64,000 bases of DNA. It comes from a candidate division WOR-3 bacterium (GTDB lineage: Bacteria; Hydrothermota; Hydrothermia; LBFQ01). Positions within the stretch are counted from its first letter, which is position 1, and each line of letters starts with the position of its first letter. Shown here piece by piece: positions 1 to 9,928 of this stretch. The notes under the pieces are model-generated. The model saw only the letters and a list, made by a program, of their open reading frames with translations. It was not told the origin of the DNA and did not search any database. The stretch is taken from positions 1 to 64,000 of the forward strand of contig JBDRWW010000008.1 in assembly GCA_039802605.1 (NCBI GenBank). The letters run 5' to 3'. A program made the translations under genes and the position numbers.

Positions 1-142
1 TGCCTCCTTAGGAACTTCCACATATACCACAGAAGCCCTTAATACCGAAACAAACAAACAACAGGGAATATAAACTTTACCCTGTCCATACCATACAATA
101 ATGCCTAAAAATATATCATTTGTCAAGTTAAGGAAAAATTTC

Positions 143-1522
143 CTAAATCCTCTTTATTGCCTGAACAAGTTTGCTCAAAACATCTTTCGCGTCGCCAAAA
201 AGCATAAATGTCTTGTCCATATAAAACAATTCGTTATCTATACCCGCAAATCCCCTTCCCCTACCTCTCTTAATAACAAAAACATTTTTGGCGTTATAGG
301 CCTTTAAAATTGGCATTCCATATATCGGGCTGTTGGGGTCGTTTTCCGCCGCCGGATTCACGACATCGTTAGCACCCAATATAAGGGCAACATCCGCATT
401 GGAAAATTCTTCGTTTATTTCCTCCAAATCGTAGAGCTTTTCGTATGGTATATCCGCCTCGGCAAGGAGCACATTCATATGTCCCGGCATTCTTCCCGCC
501 ACCGGATGTATTGCAAACTTTACTTCAACCCCCCTATTTTCCAATTCGTCCATAAGTTCCTTAACCTTATGTTGGGCTTGTGCCGCCGCCAAACCGAAGC
601 CCGGAACTATAATAACCTTGTTCGCATAAGCGAGTGTTGCCGCCGCATCGTCTATACTAATTTCCTTCATAACCTTTTGGGTCTCCTCACCTCCCACGAT
701 CTTCCCAACCGCACCAAATAGGATGTTTGTAAGAGACCTGTTCATGGCCTTGGCCATAAGGTAGGTTAGAAGGGTACCGGATGCCCCCACTATTGTCCCG
801 CTGACTATAAGGGTGTAATTTTGCAGTGCAAAACCGTCAAAGGCTACTGCCAAACCGGTTAAAGCGTTAAACAGGGATATTACAACGGGCATATCCGCCC
901 CACCTATGGGCAATGTCATAAGGAAACCCAACAAGAGGGGTAAAACCACAAAGAGGTTGATATATGCCGTATTTTGCAGGGTTAGATAAGCCAAGGCAAA
1001 AGAACCTATTAGCAGCAATGCGTTTAGAATCTGCTGCCCGGGAAAGGTTATAGGTCTATCGTTTATCCAACCTTGAAGTTTCAAAAACGCCCCTATGCTA
1101 CCGCTAAAAGATACGCTTCCTATTATTAACGCCAAGGCCGCCAAAACCTTTAAAGCGGGATTTCCGGAGGGGTGTAAAAGGTCTAAATAACCTATAACCC
1201 CTGCCGCCCCACCACCCATACCGTTAAACAGGGCAACCATTTGGGGCATATCCGTTAATGGCACCTTCTTTGCGGATATCCAACCAATGACGGAACCCAA
1301 CAGGATTAAGGCGATCATTAAAACCAACTTCGTGGTAAATAGCGGGTCATTTGCGTATTCGTAAAAAATATAAACAAATGTTATAAGTATCGCTAAAAGC
1401 ATTCCAAAACCCGCAAGGAGGTTGCCGTTTCTCGCCGTCCTAGGCGCAGACATCATCTTTAAACCAAATATAAACATCAGAAGCGCCAAAAAGTATGTGC
1501 CTATTATTGCGTGTTCAATCAT
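143..1522 (-). CDS. pntB: NAD(P) transhydrogenase subunit beta
   Basis: Membrane N-terminus, MPQMVALFNG, IGGADMPVVISL, and dIII motifs HPVAGRMPGHMNVLLAE and GANDVVNPAA. Confidence 0.97.
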   Translation of the reverse strand: MIEHAIIGTYFLALLMFIFGLKMMSAPRTARNGNLLAGFGMLLAILITFVYIFYEYANDPLFTTKLVLMIALILLGSVIGWISAKKVPLTDMPQMVALFNGMGGGAAGVIGYLDLLHPSGNPALKVLAALALIIGSVSFSGSIGAFLKLQGWINDRPITFPGQQILNALLLIGSFALAYLTLQNTAYINLFVVLPLLLGFLMTLPIGGADMPVVISLFNALTGLAVAFDGFALQNYTLIVSGTIVGASGTLLTYLMAKAMNRSLTNILFGAVGKIVGGEETQKVMKEISIDDAAATLAYANKVIIVPGFGLAAAQAQHKVKELMDELENRGVEVKFAIHPVAGRMPGHMNVLLAEADIPYEKLYDLEEINEEFSNADVALILGANDVVNPAAENDPNSPIYGMPILKAYNAKNVFVIKRGRGRGFAGIDNELFYMDKTFMLFGDAKDVLSKLVQAIKRI

Positions 1523-1803
1523 TTCTTGCCCCCCTTAAACATCTCCAACATCCTATCGGTTACGGCGAAACCACCCACAACATTTAAGGCTCCAAGCCAT
1601 ACGCCAAACGCACCAACGGCCAGCTCAAAGGGGGTTTGGGCGTGCATCATTACGATCATGGCGCCGACCAAAACTATACCGTGTATAAAGTTTGTGCCGG
1701 ACATTAATGGTGTGTGTAGTATAACCGGAACCCTTGATATAACCTCAAAACCCGTAAAGGCCGAGAGCATAAAAATATAAAGTGCTACCCAAACCTCAGG
1801 CAT
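1519..1803 (-). CDS. pntAB: NAD(P) transhydrogenase subunit alpha, membrane part (PntAB)
   Basis: LHTPLMSGTN and NVVGGFAVTDRMLEMF motifs; lies between pntAA and pntB. Confidence 0.95.
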   Translation of the reverse strand: MPEVWVALYIFMLSAFTGFEVISRVPVILHTPLMSGTNFIHGIVLVGAMIVMMHAQTPFELAVGAFGVWLGALNVVGGFAVTDRMLEMFKGGKK

Positions 1804-2914
1804 TTTTCACCTCCGTTTTAAACTCCCCTTTAAAAATTAAACACGACTTTTCCAAAATTTCCTCTCCAAAGTCTATGTTTATGTTCCCATCCTTAACAAT
1901 AAGACCCAAGAAATTAACCATGTTTTTTGAAAACATTTCGCTTGCGGGCCTTGGAACACTTGAAGGCACATTCAAAGGCCCGAAAATCTTTACTCCTTTG
2001 TATTCCACCAATTCACCGGGCTTGGTAAGCTCGCAATTCCCACCGTTATCCGCCGCTATATCAACTATAACCGAACCCTCGCGCATCCTTTCAACCATAT
2101 CGCGGGTTACGATAACCGGCGCCCTTTTACCCGGAACCTGTGCCGTGGTTATAACCACATCGGAATTCCCTATATGCTTTGCCAAAAACTCGTGCTGGAT
2201 CTTTTTCTCCTCCTCGGTCAGTTCCCGGGCATATCCACCCTCACCTTCGGCCCAAACCGGAGACTCCAAGAATTTTGCCCCAACGCTTTGAGCGTCGTGT
2301 TTTGCCGCAGGCCTTATATCATACGCAAAGGTTTGAGCCCCCAACCTCTTTGCCGTTGCAAGGGCTTGCAATCCGGCAACGCCAACTCCTATGACCAAAA
2401 CCCGCGCGGGCTTTAAGGTACCCGCCGCCGTTGTTAGCATTGGGAACATACCGGGTGATAGGTGTGCGGCTATGATCGCCGCTTTATATCCGGCCACCGT
2501 TGCCTGCGAGGAAAGGACATCAACGAATTGGGCTTTTGTAGTCCTAGGTATTTTTTCTAAGGCGAATACCGTAATTTTCCTTTTGGATAGTAAATTTAAC
2601 ATATCCGAGTTTTCCCAATATCTCGTGAATCCTATATAAACGGAATCCTCCTTTAACAGCCCCGCTTCTTGGAGGGTTAGTGGTTGTATTTTTAATAGTA
2701 TGTCCGCTTTTTTGAGTATATCTTCCGGATTATCAACCACCTTAGCACCCGCCTCCTCATATTCCCTATCCAAGAAATAGGCCCCATCACCACAACCCCT
2801 TTCAACCAAAACCTCATAGCCCTCTTTAACCAACCTTTTTATGTCAGAGGGTACCAAAGCAACCCGCCTTTCGTTCTCAAACTTTTCTTTTAATACCCCT
2901 AAGGTTATAGCCAT
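1796..2914 (-). CDS. pntAA: NAD(P) transhydrogenase subunit alpha, soluble part (PntAA)
   Basis: ERRVALVP, DVLSSQATVAGYKA, GVGVAGLQA, GGNCELT; start moved to ATG 2914, 9 nt after TATAAT. Confidence 0.95.
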   Translation of the reverse strand: MAITLGVLKEKFENERRVALVPSDIKRLVKEGYEVLVERGCGDGAYFLDREYEEAGAKVVDNPEDILKKADILLKIQPLTLQEAGLLKEDSVYIGFTRYWENSDMLNLLSKRKITVFALEKIPRTTKAQFVDVLSSQATVAGYKAAIIAAHLSPGMFPMLTTAAGTLKPARVLVIGVGVAGLQALATAKRLGAQTFAYDIRPAAKHDAQSVGAKFLESPVWAEGEGGYARELTEEEKKIQHEFLAKHIGNSDVVITTAQVPGKRAPVIVTRDMVERMREGSVIVDIAADNGGNCELTKPGELVEYKGVKIFGPLNVPSSVPRPASEMFSKNMVNFLGLIVKDGNINIDFGEEILEKSCLIFKGEFKTEVKNA

Positions 2915-3006
2915 AAAGCGGATATTATAATAGGGAAGAGGGAAAAGCATTTGCGGGCTTCTCGTTGCAATAGCGCTGAACTTTATCGGGTATATAATAC
3001 CGGATT

Positions 3007-3357
3007 ATGAAGGATATAGGCGAAAAGGTAAAGTTTAGAAAAGAAAATAGTATAGGGGTTGTTCGCCTTTTGGGGGAGTTTGATACCGAAGATAGGGAAC
3101 CTCTAATAGTATATTTTGACGACAAGATGCGGGAGGGTATAAAGCATTTTATAGTGGATTTATCGGAAACGGTTTATATACCTTCGGCCGTATGGGGCGC
3201 ACTGATAACAATATTAAAACACGCACGGGAAAACGGTGGCGATGTTTATATTTGTGGTTTAAACGGACAACCCGCAAAGGTTTTCCATGTCATGTCCTTT
3301 GATAAGGTCTTTAAAACCTTTAAAGATTCCTACGAGGCTTTAAACAACCTGCGGTAA
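3007..3357 (+). CDS. STAS-domain anti-sigma factor antagonist
   Basis: L.GEFD, IVDLSETVYIPSAVWG, GGDVYIC pattern of SpoIIAA/RsbV-like proteins. Confidence 0.85.
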   Translation: MKDIGEKVKFRKENSIGVVRLLGEFDTEDREPLIVYFDDKMREGIKHFIVDLSETVYIPSAVWGALITILKHARENGGDVYICGLNGQPAKVFHVMSFDKVFKTFKDSYEALNNLR

Positions 3358-3384
3358 ATATCCCCACCTTATAATACCACACTT

Positions 3385-3747
3385 ATGCCCATCATCATAG
3401 ATGAGGAGAAGGTGGAGAACGGTCAAGATGCGGTAATATTACATCTAAAAGGGGAACTCGATACATATTCATCCCCGGAGTTTTTAGAGGAGTTTAACAA
3501 AAAGATTGAGGAAGGGGTTAAAAACTTTGTAATAGACCTTTCCGGTGTTAGCTTTGTCAGTTCTTCCGGTTGGGGGGCGTTATCCTATGCGTTAAAAAAA
3601 TCAAGGGAACATATGGGGGATTTAGTCCTTTGTAATATGAGTGGGCAGGTTAAGAGGGTTTATAAGATTATGGGTTTTAGGGCGGTTTTAAAATCCTTTG
3701 ACGATTTGGATGAAGCCGTAAAGTTTATACTGAGGAAAGAAAAATGA
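3385..3747 (+). CDS. STAS-domain anti-sigma factor antagonist
   Basis: LKGELDTYS, IDLSGVSFVSSSGWG; tandem paralog of upstream gene. Confidence 0.88.
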   Translation: MPIIIDEEKVENGQDAVILHLKGELDTYSSPEFLEEFNKKIEEGVKNFVIDLSGVSFVSSSGWGALSYALKKSREHMGDLVLCNMSGQVKRVYKIMGFRAVLKSFDDLDEAVKFILRKEK

Positions 3748-4505
3748 ATTTGTGTTTTTTTGATCTTGTTTCGGGCGAAAAGGTTTCTTGGGATTCCCTC
3801 ATTGAAAGCGTTTCCAAAAGTGGAGTTGTTTATGTTGGGGAAATCCACAACAATAAAAAAATACACGATTTGCAGTTAAGCATTATAGAATCGCTTGTAA
3901 AGAAGGGGTTTAAAGTGGCCGTCGCTTTTGAAATGTTTCAACAGCCTTATCAAAAATTCCTTGACGAATTCGTTGGGGGTAAAATATCCGAAGTTGAAAT
4001 GCTTTACTTAACAGAATGGCATAAGAATTGGAATATGGATATTTCCCTTTACAGGGATATTTGGAATTTTGCGAGAGAAAACAAATTAAAAATGTTGGCC
4101 ATAAACATACCAACGGATTTTAGAAAAAAGGTTAGAACCATGTCCTACGAGCGTATGAGGAAAACCGAATATTTACCGCCAGACCTTGAAGAACCCGATA
4201 GTAGTTATATTGAATACTTTAAAAAAGCCATAGGGGGGCATGAGGGTGCAAATGATAGGTTCAACGAGATGTTAAAGGTTATGCTGGCTTGGGATGAGGG
4301 TATGGCCTATGCGATTTCAAAGTTCATTAAGGAAAACAAAAATACAAAGGTTGTGGTAATAGTGGGTTATGGGCATATATACGGAAGGCTTGGTATTCCC
4401 AAAAGGGTAGAGAGGATGACCGGTGAAAGGGGGACGGTGATAATACCGTTGCAGAACTTAAAGGATGACATGGGTAAAGGCGATTTTGGTTTTTGTGTTG
4501 AATAA
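3744..4505 (+). CDS. ChaN-family (EreA/ChaN-like) protein
   Basis: VVYVGEIHN, AFEMF, WDEGMA, IVGYGH motifs. Confidence 0.8.
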   Translation: MNLCFFDLVSGEKVSWDSLIESVSKSGVVYVGEIHNNKKIHDLQLSIIESLVKKGFKVAVAFEMFQQPYQKFLDEFVGGKISEVEMLYLTEWHKNWNMDISLYRDIWNFARENKLKMLAINIPTDFRKKVRTMSYERMRKTEYLPPDLEEPDSSYIEYFKKAIGGHEGANDRFNEMLKVMLAWDEGMAYAISKFIKENKNTKVVVIVGYGHIYGRLGIPKRVERMTGERGTVIIPLQNLKDDMGKGDFGFCVE

Positions 4506-4613
4506 CTTATATTATTTAAAGCGTTATCCGAAGGTGCATTGGGTATAATTGAATTTGCAAATGGCGACGCAAGGGTTATTATAAATGTTTTAGAAACCGG
4601 ACTTAGAATATAA
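4506..4613 (+). pseudogene. Possible remnant of an AAA+ lid segment (RarA/MgsA-like)
   Basis: Intergenic frame reads LILFKALSEGALGIIEFANGDARVIINVLETGLRI*, containing the NGDAR..(L/I)N.LE sensor-2 signature; no start codon. Confidence 0.4.
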
Positions 4614-4617
4614 ACTT

Positions 4618-6069
4618 ATGATCAAAAGAAAGCCTTCCGAATTGTTGGAGGAGTTCGGCTTTGATGTTGATGAAAAGGTTAGGGAATACGAAAGTTGGTG
4701 GTTCGAAGAGGGTTATAAAATTTCGTATATGGTTGATAGACTTGGAACCCCACATTTGAGGATGTTTGATAGGTTTGGCAATAGGATTGATGAAATACTT
4801 TACCCTAAGGAGTATTGGGATATGCTTTATAAGGGATACGAGTATGGAATAATTGCGGATGTATTTGAAAAAAACAGCCTTATGCCCTTTTTCATAATGG
4901 GATATATAACCTCCTTCTTTGATCCGGGTTTGTACTGCCCTTACACGGTTTCCTTATCAACGGCTGTTCCGATAAGTAAATATGCACCAAAGGAAGTAAG
5001 GGATAAATATTTACCCCATATGCTTAAAAGAAACATCGATGTTTGGCAGGGTGCAACTTGGATGACGGAGGTAAAGGGAGGCTCGGATTTGGGTAATACC
5101 GTAGAAACAGTAGCAGAGTTGAGGAACGGAAAGTGGATTTTAAACGGTGAGAAATACTTTGCGAGTAATGTAGGTGCGGAATTGGCGGTTGTTGCCGCCA
5201 GAATAAAGGGAAAACAGAAGGGTGTTAAGAGTTTGGCCTTGTTCTTACTGCCAAAGTATAGGGAAAACGGCGAAATAAACTACTTTGTTAGGAGGTTAAA
5301 GGATAAGATTGGAACTAGGTCTGTCCCCACGGGTGAGGTGGAGTTAAGGGATTCGGAGGCATACCTTTTGGGTAGCGAAGATGTGGGGATTTACTTAATT
5401 CTGGAAGTTTTAAACATTTCAAGGGTTGCCAATAGTGTGGGTAGTGTTGCCCTAATGCATAGGGCTATATGGGAGGCTTACGAGTTTGCGAGTAAAAGGT
5501 TTGCCTTCGGAAAATATGTAATCGATCACCCCTTAATGAAAAGGCAAATAGTTGATAACTACGAAAAACTTAAAAAAGCCTTTGCTTTGGCCTTTGAAGC
5601 AGCCAAACTCCTGGATAAGGTTTACCTTGAAAAGCCACCTTATTCACACGATTACCATATGTTCAGGCTCTTAGCCCATTTGTCCAAGTTTTGGACGGCG
5701 GAATTGGCTGTCCAAACATCAAAATGGGCTATGGAGGTTAATGGGGGTATGGGGGTTTTGGCGGAATATCCCGTTGAAAGGCTGTTAAGGGAGGCTATGA
5801 TTTTGCCTATTTGGGAGGGAACACCCCATAGACAGGTTTTAGATGCCATAGAGGTAATAGTTAAAAAGGATGCACACCTTTTCATTTACGAGTATCTAAG
5901 GGAACACGACAGGTTAAGCGAGGAGATTTTGAATATAGGTAGGGAGATAAAGGAGATGGAAAACGATAAAAGGGAAGAAGTGGCGGATATTTATATAAGC
6001 GAATTGGCCGATATCGTTGCGGAAATACTTTTGAAGAAATGCCGGTATTCTCGGGAGATAGCGGAGTAA
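4618..6069 (+). CDS. Acyl-CoA dehydrogenase family protein (AidB-like)
   Basis: TWMTEVKGGSDLG, GEKYFAS, RRLKDKIGTRSVPTGE, IWEGT. Confidence 0.9.
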   Translation: MIKRKPSELLEEFGFDVDEKVREYESWWFEEGYKISYMVDRLGTPHLRMFDRFGNRIDEILYPKEYWDMLYKGYEYGIIADVFEKNSLMPFFIMGYITSFFDPGLYCPYTVSLSTAVPISKYAPKEVRDKYLPHMLKRNIDVWQGATWMTEVKGGSDLGNTVETVAELRNGKWILNGEKYFASNVGAELAVVAARIKGKQKGVKSLALFLLPKYRENGEINYFVRRLKDKIGTRSVPTGEVELRDSEAYLLGSEDVGIYLILEVLNISRVANSVGSVALMHRAIWEAYEFASKRFAFGKYVIDHPLMKRQIVDNYEKLKKAFALAFEAAKLLDKVYLEKPPYSHDYHMFRLLAHLSKFWTAELAVQTSKWAMEVNGGMGVLAEYPVERLLREAMILPIWEGTPHRQVLDAIEVIVKKDAHLFIYEYLREHDRLSEEILNIGREIKEMENDKREEVADIYISELADIVAEILLKKCRYSREIAE

Positions 6070-6073
6070 GGTC

Positions 6074-6562
6074 TTATTGCGAATCCTTTCTAAGACTTTC
6101 CAAATAATCCGCCACAACTTTTGGAACAAAGGGCCTTATATCCCCGCCAAGGGAGAAAATTTCTTTCACAAAGGATGAAGATAAATATGCAAACTGCTCG
6201 GAGGATAAAAGGAATATGGTTTCCATATCCTCATAAAGTTTTTTGTTTATCCAGGCCATTTTTAATTCGTATTCGTAATCGGATACCGCCCTTAAACCCC
6301 TTATAACGGTTTTTACCCCTATTTTTTTAAGAAATTCAACCAACAAACCCTCAAACTCCAAAACCTCAACATTTTTTAAATGTTTAACGCTTTCCTCAAT
6401 TAACTTTTTTCTAACACCTAAGGGCAGTAGGGGTTCTTTGTGCCTTGGGTTTGCCACGCCTATTATCACCCTATCAAAAATCCTCGTTGCCCTTTCAACT
6501 ATATCCAAATGGCCGAGCGTAAAGGGGTCAAATGTCCCAGGATAAACCGCCCTCTTTAACAT
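6074..6562 (-). CDS. coaD: Phosphopantetheine adenylyltransferase
   Basis: YPGTFDPFTLGH, IRGLRAVSDYEYE, SSSFVKE. Confidence 0.97.
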   Translation of the reverse strand: MLKRAVYPGTFDPFTLGHLDIVERATRIFDRVIIGVANPRHKEPLLPLGVRKKLIEESVKHLKNVEVLEFEGLLVEFLKKIGVKTVIRGLRAVSDYEYELKMAWINKKLYEDMETIFLLSSEQFAYLSSSFVKEIFSLGGDIRPFVPKVVADYLESLRKDSQ

Positions 6563-6876
6563 TAAAAAACCTCCCCACCCAAGGGTACATCCCTATCGGG
6601 CTTTATTAAAACAACCCTCCCCATTTCATCCGGTACCCCAAGGACCAAAACCTCGGATATTACCCCTGCAATGTTTTTGGGTTCAAGGTTTGTAGCGCAT
6701 ATTACCAACCTACCCACCAAATCCTCCGGTTTGTACAGGTCTGTTATCTGGGCGGAAGATGTTTTAACCCCGTACTCTCCAAAATCAATTTTTAAAATAT
6801 AGGCGGGCTTACGGGTTTTTGGGTGGGGTTTGGCCTCTATTATCCTCCCCACCCTCATTTCCAGTCCCTTTATCAT
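6562..6876 (-). CDS. csaA: tRNA-binding/export chaperone CsaA family protein
   Basis: RVGRII, KPAYILKIDFG, SSAQIT, SEVLVLG. Confidence 0.9.
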   Translation of the reverse strand: MIKGLEMRVGRIIEAKPHPKTRKPAYILKIDFGEYGVKTSSAQITDLYKPEDLVGRLVICATNLEPKNIAGVISEVLVLGVPDEMGRVVLIKPDRDVPLGGEVF

Positions 6877-7288
6877 CTTTATAACCTCCTTTTTCGGGTT
6901 TCTTTGGCGGTTTTCTCTTCGTAAAAACCTCCACCTTTACGGAATTCACATTATCCCACCTGTCATAAACCTTAACCTCTAAGGTGTCGGGATAAAAATC
7001 GTCCCCATTATCCGGAATATTAACCGTTGTATCAAAACCTATATCCCTTCCCTTAACGCTAAAAACACCCAATATATTCCCTCCCCTATAAACTTCAACT
7101 TTATAAATCCCCGATGAATCCGTTGCGTTAAGCGTTAGGTTAAACTTCCCCTTTATCGTATCGCCAAAGTTTGGGGAAAATAGTATGATTTTTGGCGGGT
7201 TAAACTCCCCCTTTCCCGGGGGATTCACCTTTTTTCCACACCCCAATATTAACAACGAAATTAAAACAAAACTAAACCTTTGCCTCAA
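6809..7288 (-). CDS. Putative lipoprotein with Ig-like domain
   Basis: Lipobox LILGC followed by GKK.NPPG; ATDSSGIYKVEVY and VYDRWDN Ig-like strands. Confidence 0.65.
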   Translation of the reverse strand: MRQRFSFVLISLLILGCGKKVNPPGKGEFNPPKIILFSPNFGDTIKGKFNLTLNATDSSGIYKVEVYRGGNILGVFSVKGRDIGFDTTVNIPDNGDDFYPDTLEVKVYDRWDNVNSVKVEVFTKRKPPKKPEKGGYKDDKGTGNEGGEDNRGQTPPKNP

Positions 7289-8423
7289 TTTTCCATCTCA
7301 GGATGGCTCCTACGGTTCCGGAAATCGCGTTCCTCAACCTATCCGTATTTGCCATTTCAACCCTTCCACCAAGGCTTAAAACATGCTCTATGAGTTTGTT
7401 TGTTATGTCGGGGGTTAAAACAACCCTATCGGATGCACTCGGACATTCCCCAAATACCCCATAATATCCACTGGGATGGCATATAAAACCTTCCTTTGAA
7501 AAATCAACATCTACGATTAGCGTTTCAACATTCCCCAAGAGGGCCATGTCAATAGCCGGTTGTAGTCCCTTAACGGCCATTTCAATGGCTAACATCTCCT
7601 CAAACCTTGCTGCCAACCGGTTTTCCTCCTCCCTATCCATCTGCGCTATTTTATCCAACAGGACATTATAAACCTCGTTTTTGTTTGTGGGATGCGAAAG
7701 ATTGAGTTCTCCCCTATAAGTATGTTTAACATATGTGTGGAGATAGGATACCACCATTGGGATTAATTTCCTATCCAAAGAGGATAAAAAGAGGTTATCA
7801 AACCTTTCCCTTTTGTATATCTCAAATATTTCGTTTGCGACAAACTTGGCAACCCTGCTTTCCTCCTCCATTTTTAACATTTCAAAGTTTTTCGTACCTG
7901 TTGTCCTATAAGCGGGGATGTTTCCGGCGGCGTATTTAAAGGTTGCGGGTCTTTCCGCCCATTGTGTAAAGTCGGGAGTTTCGGCTAAGGTTCTTAAACT
8001 ATATGGCTCTACCATATACACGTAAAAGTGTTTTTTACCAAAATCAACGACGAGGTTTTTACCGAATTCGGTTTCAACGGCCAAAATACCCCTCTTATAA
8101 GGCTCTACATCCACGACCAAGCTGTTGCGTATAACATAAGGTAATTGGACCACTTCCCAGTATCCTTCACTGCCGTTTGAGAATATTGCTATCCCTCTAA
8201 CCGGAATGCCCTCTTCGCTTTCCAAGTTTTTGGGGTTAGACAGAAAATCCTCTATTTTATCAAAGTCCTCATAAACCCCCTTAAATTCACCTTCATCCAA
8301 ACCCTTTTCTTTTAAAAACTCTTTAAACCTCTTCACAAGGGTCTTAAACTTTACTATAAACCTTGGGGGTCTATCTGCCCTATCATCAGGCGATAAGCTG
8401 AGATATACGCTCGTGTAAAACAT
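7272..8423 (-). CDS. Bacterial archaeo-eukaryotic release factor (baeRF/eRF1-like) family protein
   Basis: N-terminal TSVYL...RGIAIFS, middle RNase H-like region, C-terminal L7Ae-like AVKGL...NVETLIV...VGAILRW as in eRF1 domain 3. Confidence 0.75.
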   Translation of the reverse strand: MFYTSVYLSLSPDDRADRPPRFIVKFKTLVKRFKEFLKEKGLDEGEFKGVYEDFDKIEDFLSNPKNLESEEGIPVRGIAIFSNGSEGYWEVVQLPYVIRNSLVVDVEPYKRGILAVETEFGKNLVVDFGKKHFYVYMVEPYSLRTLAETPDFTQWAERPATFKYAAGNIPAYRTTGTKNFEMLKMEEESRVAKFVANEIFEIYKRERFDNLFLSSLDRKLIPMVVSYLHTYVKHTYRGELNLSHPTNKNEVYNVLLDKIAQMDREEENRLAARFEEMLAIEMAVKGLQPAIDMALLGNVETLIVDVDFSKEGFICHPSGYYGVFGECPSASDRVVLTPDITNKLIEHVLSLGGRVEMANTDRLRNAISGTVGAILRWKIEAKV

Positions 8424-8454
8424 AAGCGGGAATTATACCGTTGTTATGGTTATT

Positions 8455-9894
8455 CTAAAAACGCTTGAAAAACTTGATAATCCCCCTATCCGTTTTTAAA
8501 AATATTATCCCCTTTGGAGCCTCATTTAATGAGTTATAAACCTTACCATCAACGGAATAAACCCTTAAAACCTTTCCGCAGGATTTTACGAACGATTCAC
8601 CCACCGAAAGATCATCATCGTCACCCAACGGAGTGCAACTCGCAGTAGTAGCCGGACCTATGTTTTGCACATTAACCGGGGCATCGGTTATGGTTGTGGA
8701 TGAGGTTCTGTCGTTCAATGTGGGCAGAGTATTATCAACCGTATAAGAAGGTGTCCATATATTTGGGGTTATTACCGCAGAATTTCCGGCGCATACCGTG
8801 CCATCGGGTAGGGTTTTTACCACAAAAAAGTCAGACCTCGTTGAAAAACCAACCAATTTATAACTGTTTCCAACGGATAAATAACCGCCATCCGGTGCAA
8901 CATCCACATCGTTGCCCACATCCCCAAAGTTTGTTCCCCAAAATATCCTCGCCCACACCAAATTACCATTGTTATCTAGTTTCACTATTATTGCGTCCTC
9001 AAAACCGAAGGCGTCGTGAGAATACGAGAATGTATAACCAACCACAACACACCCATCATCGGGAGAATATGTGATCCCAAAACCCTCATCGTTTGAACCC
9101 CCACCTATTAACTTTACCCATTTGATATTACCGAGGGTATCAACCCTTAAAACCACTATGTCGGTATTTCCGGAAACATCCGTATATCCCCCTACACAAT
9201 AATCCCCGGAGGGTGTTTGGGATATGGAGTAAAACCAGTCCTGATTCCCTATATCAACCCTTAGAGACCATAAGGGATTACCCATATTATCCGTTCTTAT
9301 AGTGAGGCCGTCTATGTTTCCCCCCGATGAAATCCTACCCGCAAACATCAGCCTACCGTTTGCATCCTCCCTAACCTCTCTAACCATTGATGGGTCGGCG
9401 TAGTTCAATGTTTTAGACCATATGAGGTTTCCTGATGCATCAAGCTTGAAAAACCATACGGCATATCCAAAACCTACGGAATAACCCGAGGCAATCACAT
9501 TTCCATCCGAGGATTGGGTTATCCAGTATGGGTAGTCATCAAAGGAGGTTCCTATATACTTGGCCCATTGGAAGTTTCCCGAATTGTCAAGGGATACAAC
9601 CAATGCGTCGTATCCGGCATTCGTTGTCCTTCCCGCCAAAACATAGCCCCAAGGCGATACGGTTAAACCGTAAGCCCTATCCTCTGCGGATGTCCCTATG
9701 AGTTTTGCAAACATCATATTGCCCGTTGGAGATAACCTTACGAATGCAAAATCCCCATTTGTCCCATAACTCATCCAAATTCCACCCGCGGCATATCCGC
9801 TATCCGGGGCTATTACACCCGCATAGGCCTCATCATTTTGATTTCCACCATATCTAACCATAAAAGAAACCGCCGAAATAGTTAGTACGATCAT
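8455..9894 (-). CDS. Secreted beta-propeller repeat protein with T9SS-CTD-like tail
   Basis: Repeated D..GN..W.K..G units; C-terminus VYSVDGK...PKGIIFLKTDR. Confidence 0.65.
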   Translation of the reverse strand: MIVLTISAVSFMVRYGGNQNDEAYAGVIAPDSGYAAGGIWMSYGTNGDFAFVRLSPTGNMMFAKLIGTSAEDRAYGLTVSPWGYVLAGRTTNAGYDALVVSLDNSGNFQWAKYIGTSFDDYPYWITQSSDGNVIASGYSVGFGYAVWFFKLDASGNLIWSKTLNYADPSMVREVREDANGRLMFAGRISSGGNIDGLTIRTDNMGNPLWSLRVDIGNQDWFYSISQTPSGDYCVGGYTDVSGNTDIVVLRVDTLGNIKWVKLIGGGSNDEGFGITYSPDDGCVVVGYTFSYSHDAFGFEDAIIVKLDNNGNLVWARIFWGTNFGDVGNDVDVAPDGGYLSVGNSYKLVGFSTRSDFFVVKTLPDGTVCAGNSAVITPNIWTPSYTVDNTLPTLNDRTSSTTITDAPVNVQNIGPATTASCTPLGDDDDLSVGESFVKSCGKVLRVYSVDGKVYNSLNEAPKGIIFLKTDRGIIKFFKRF

Positions 9895-9928
9895 TACCCT
9901 GCATTTTAAGGTTGGGGTATTTGTTTTG

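Noticed and set aside
1..142. Partial minus-strand CDS at the window start
   Set aside because: An open frame exists, but no confident start or family can be assigned
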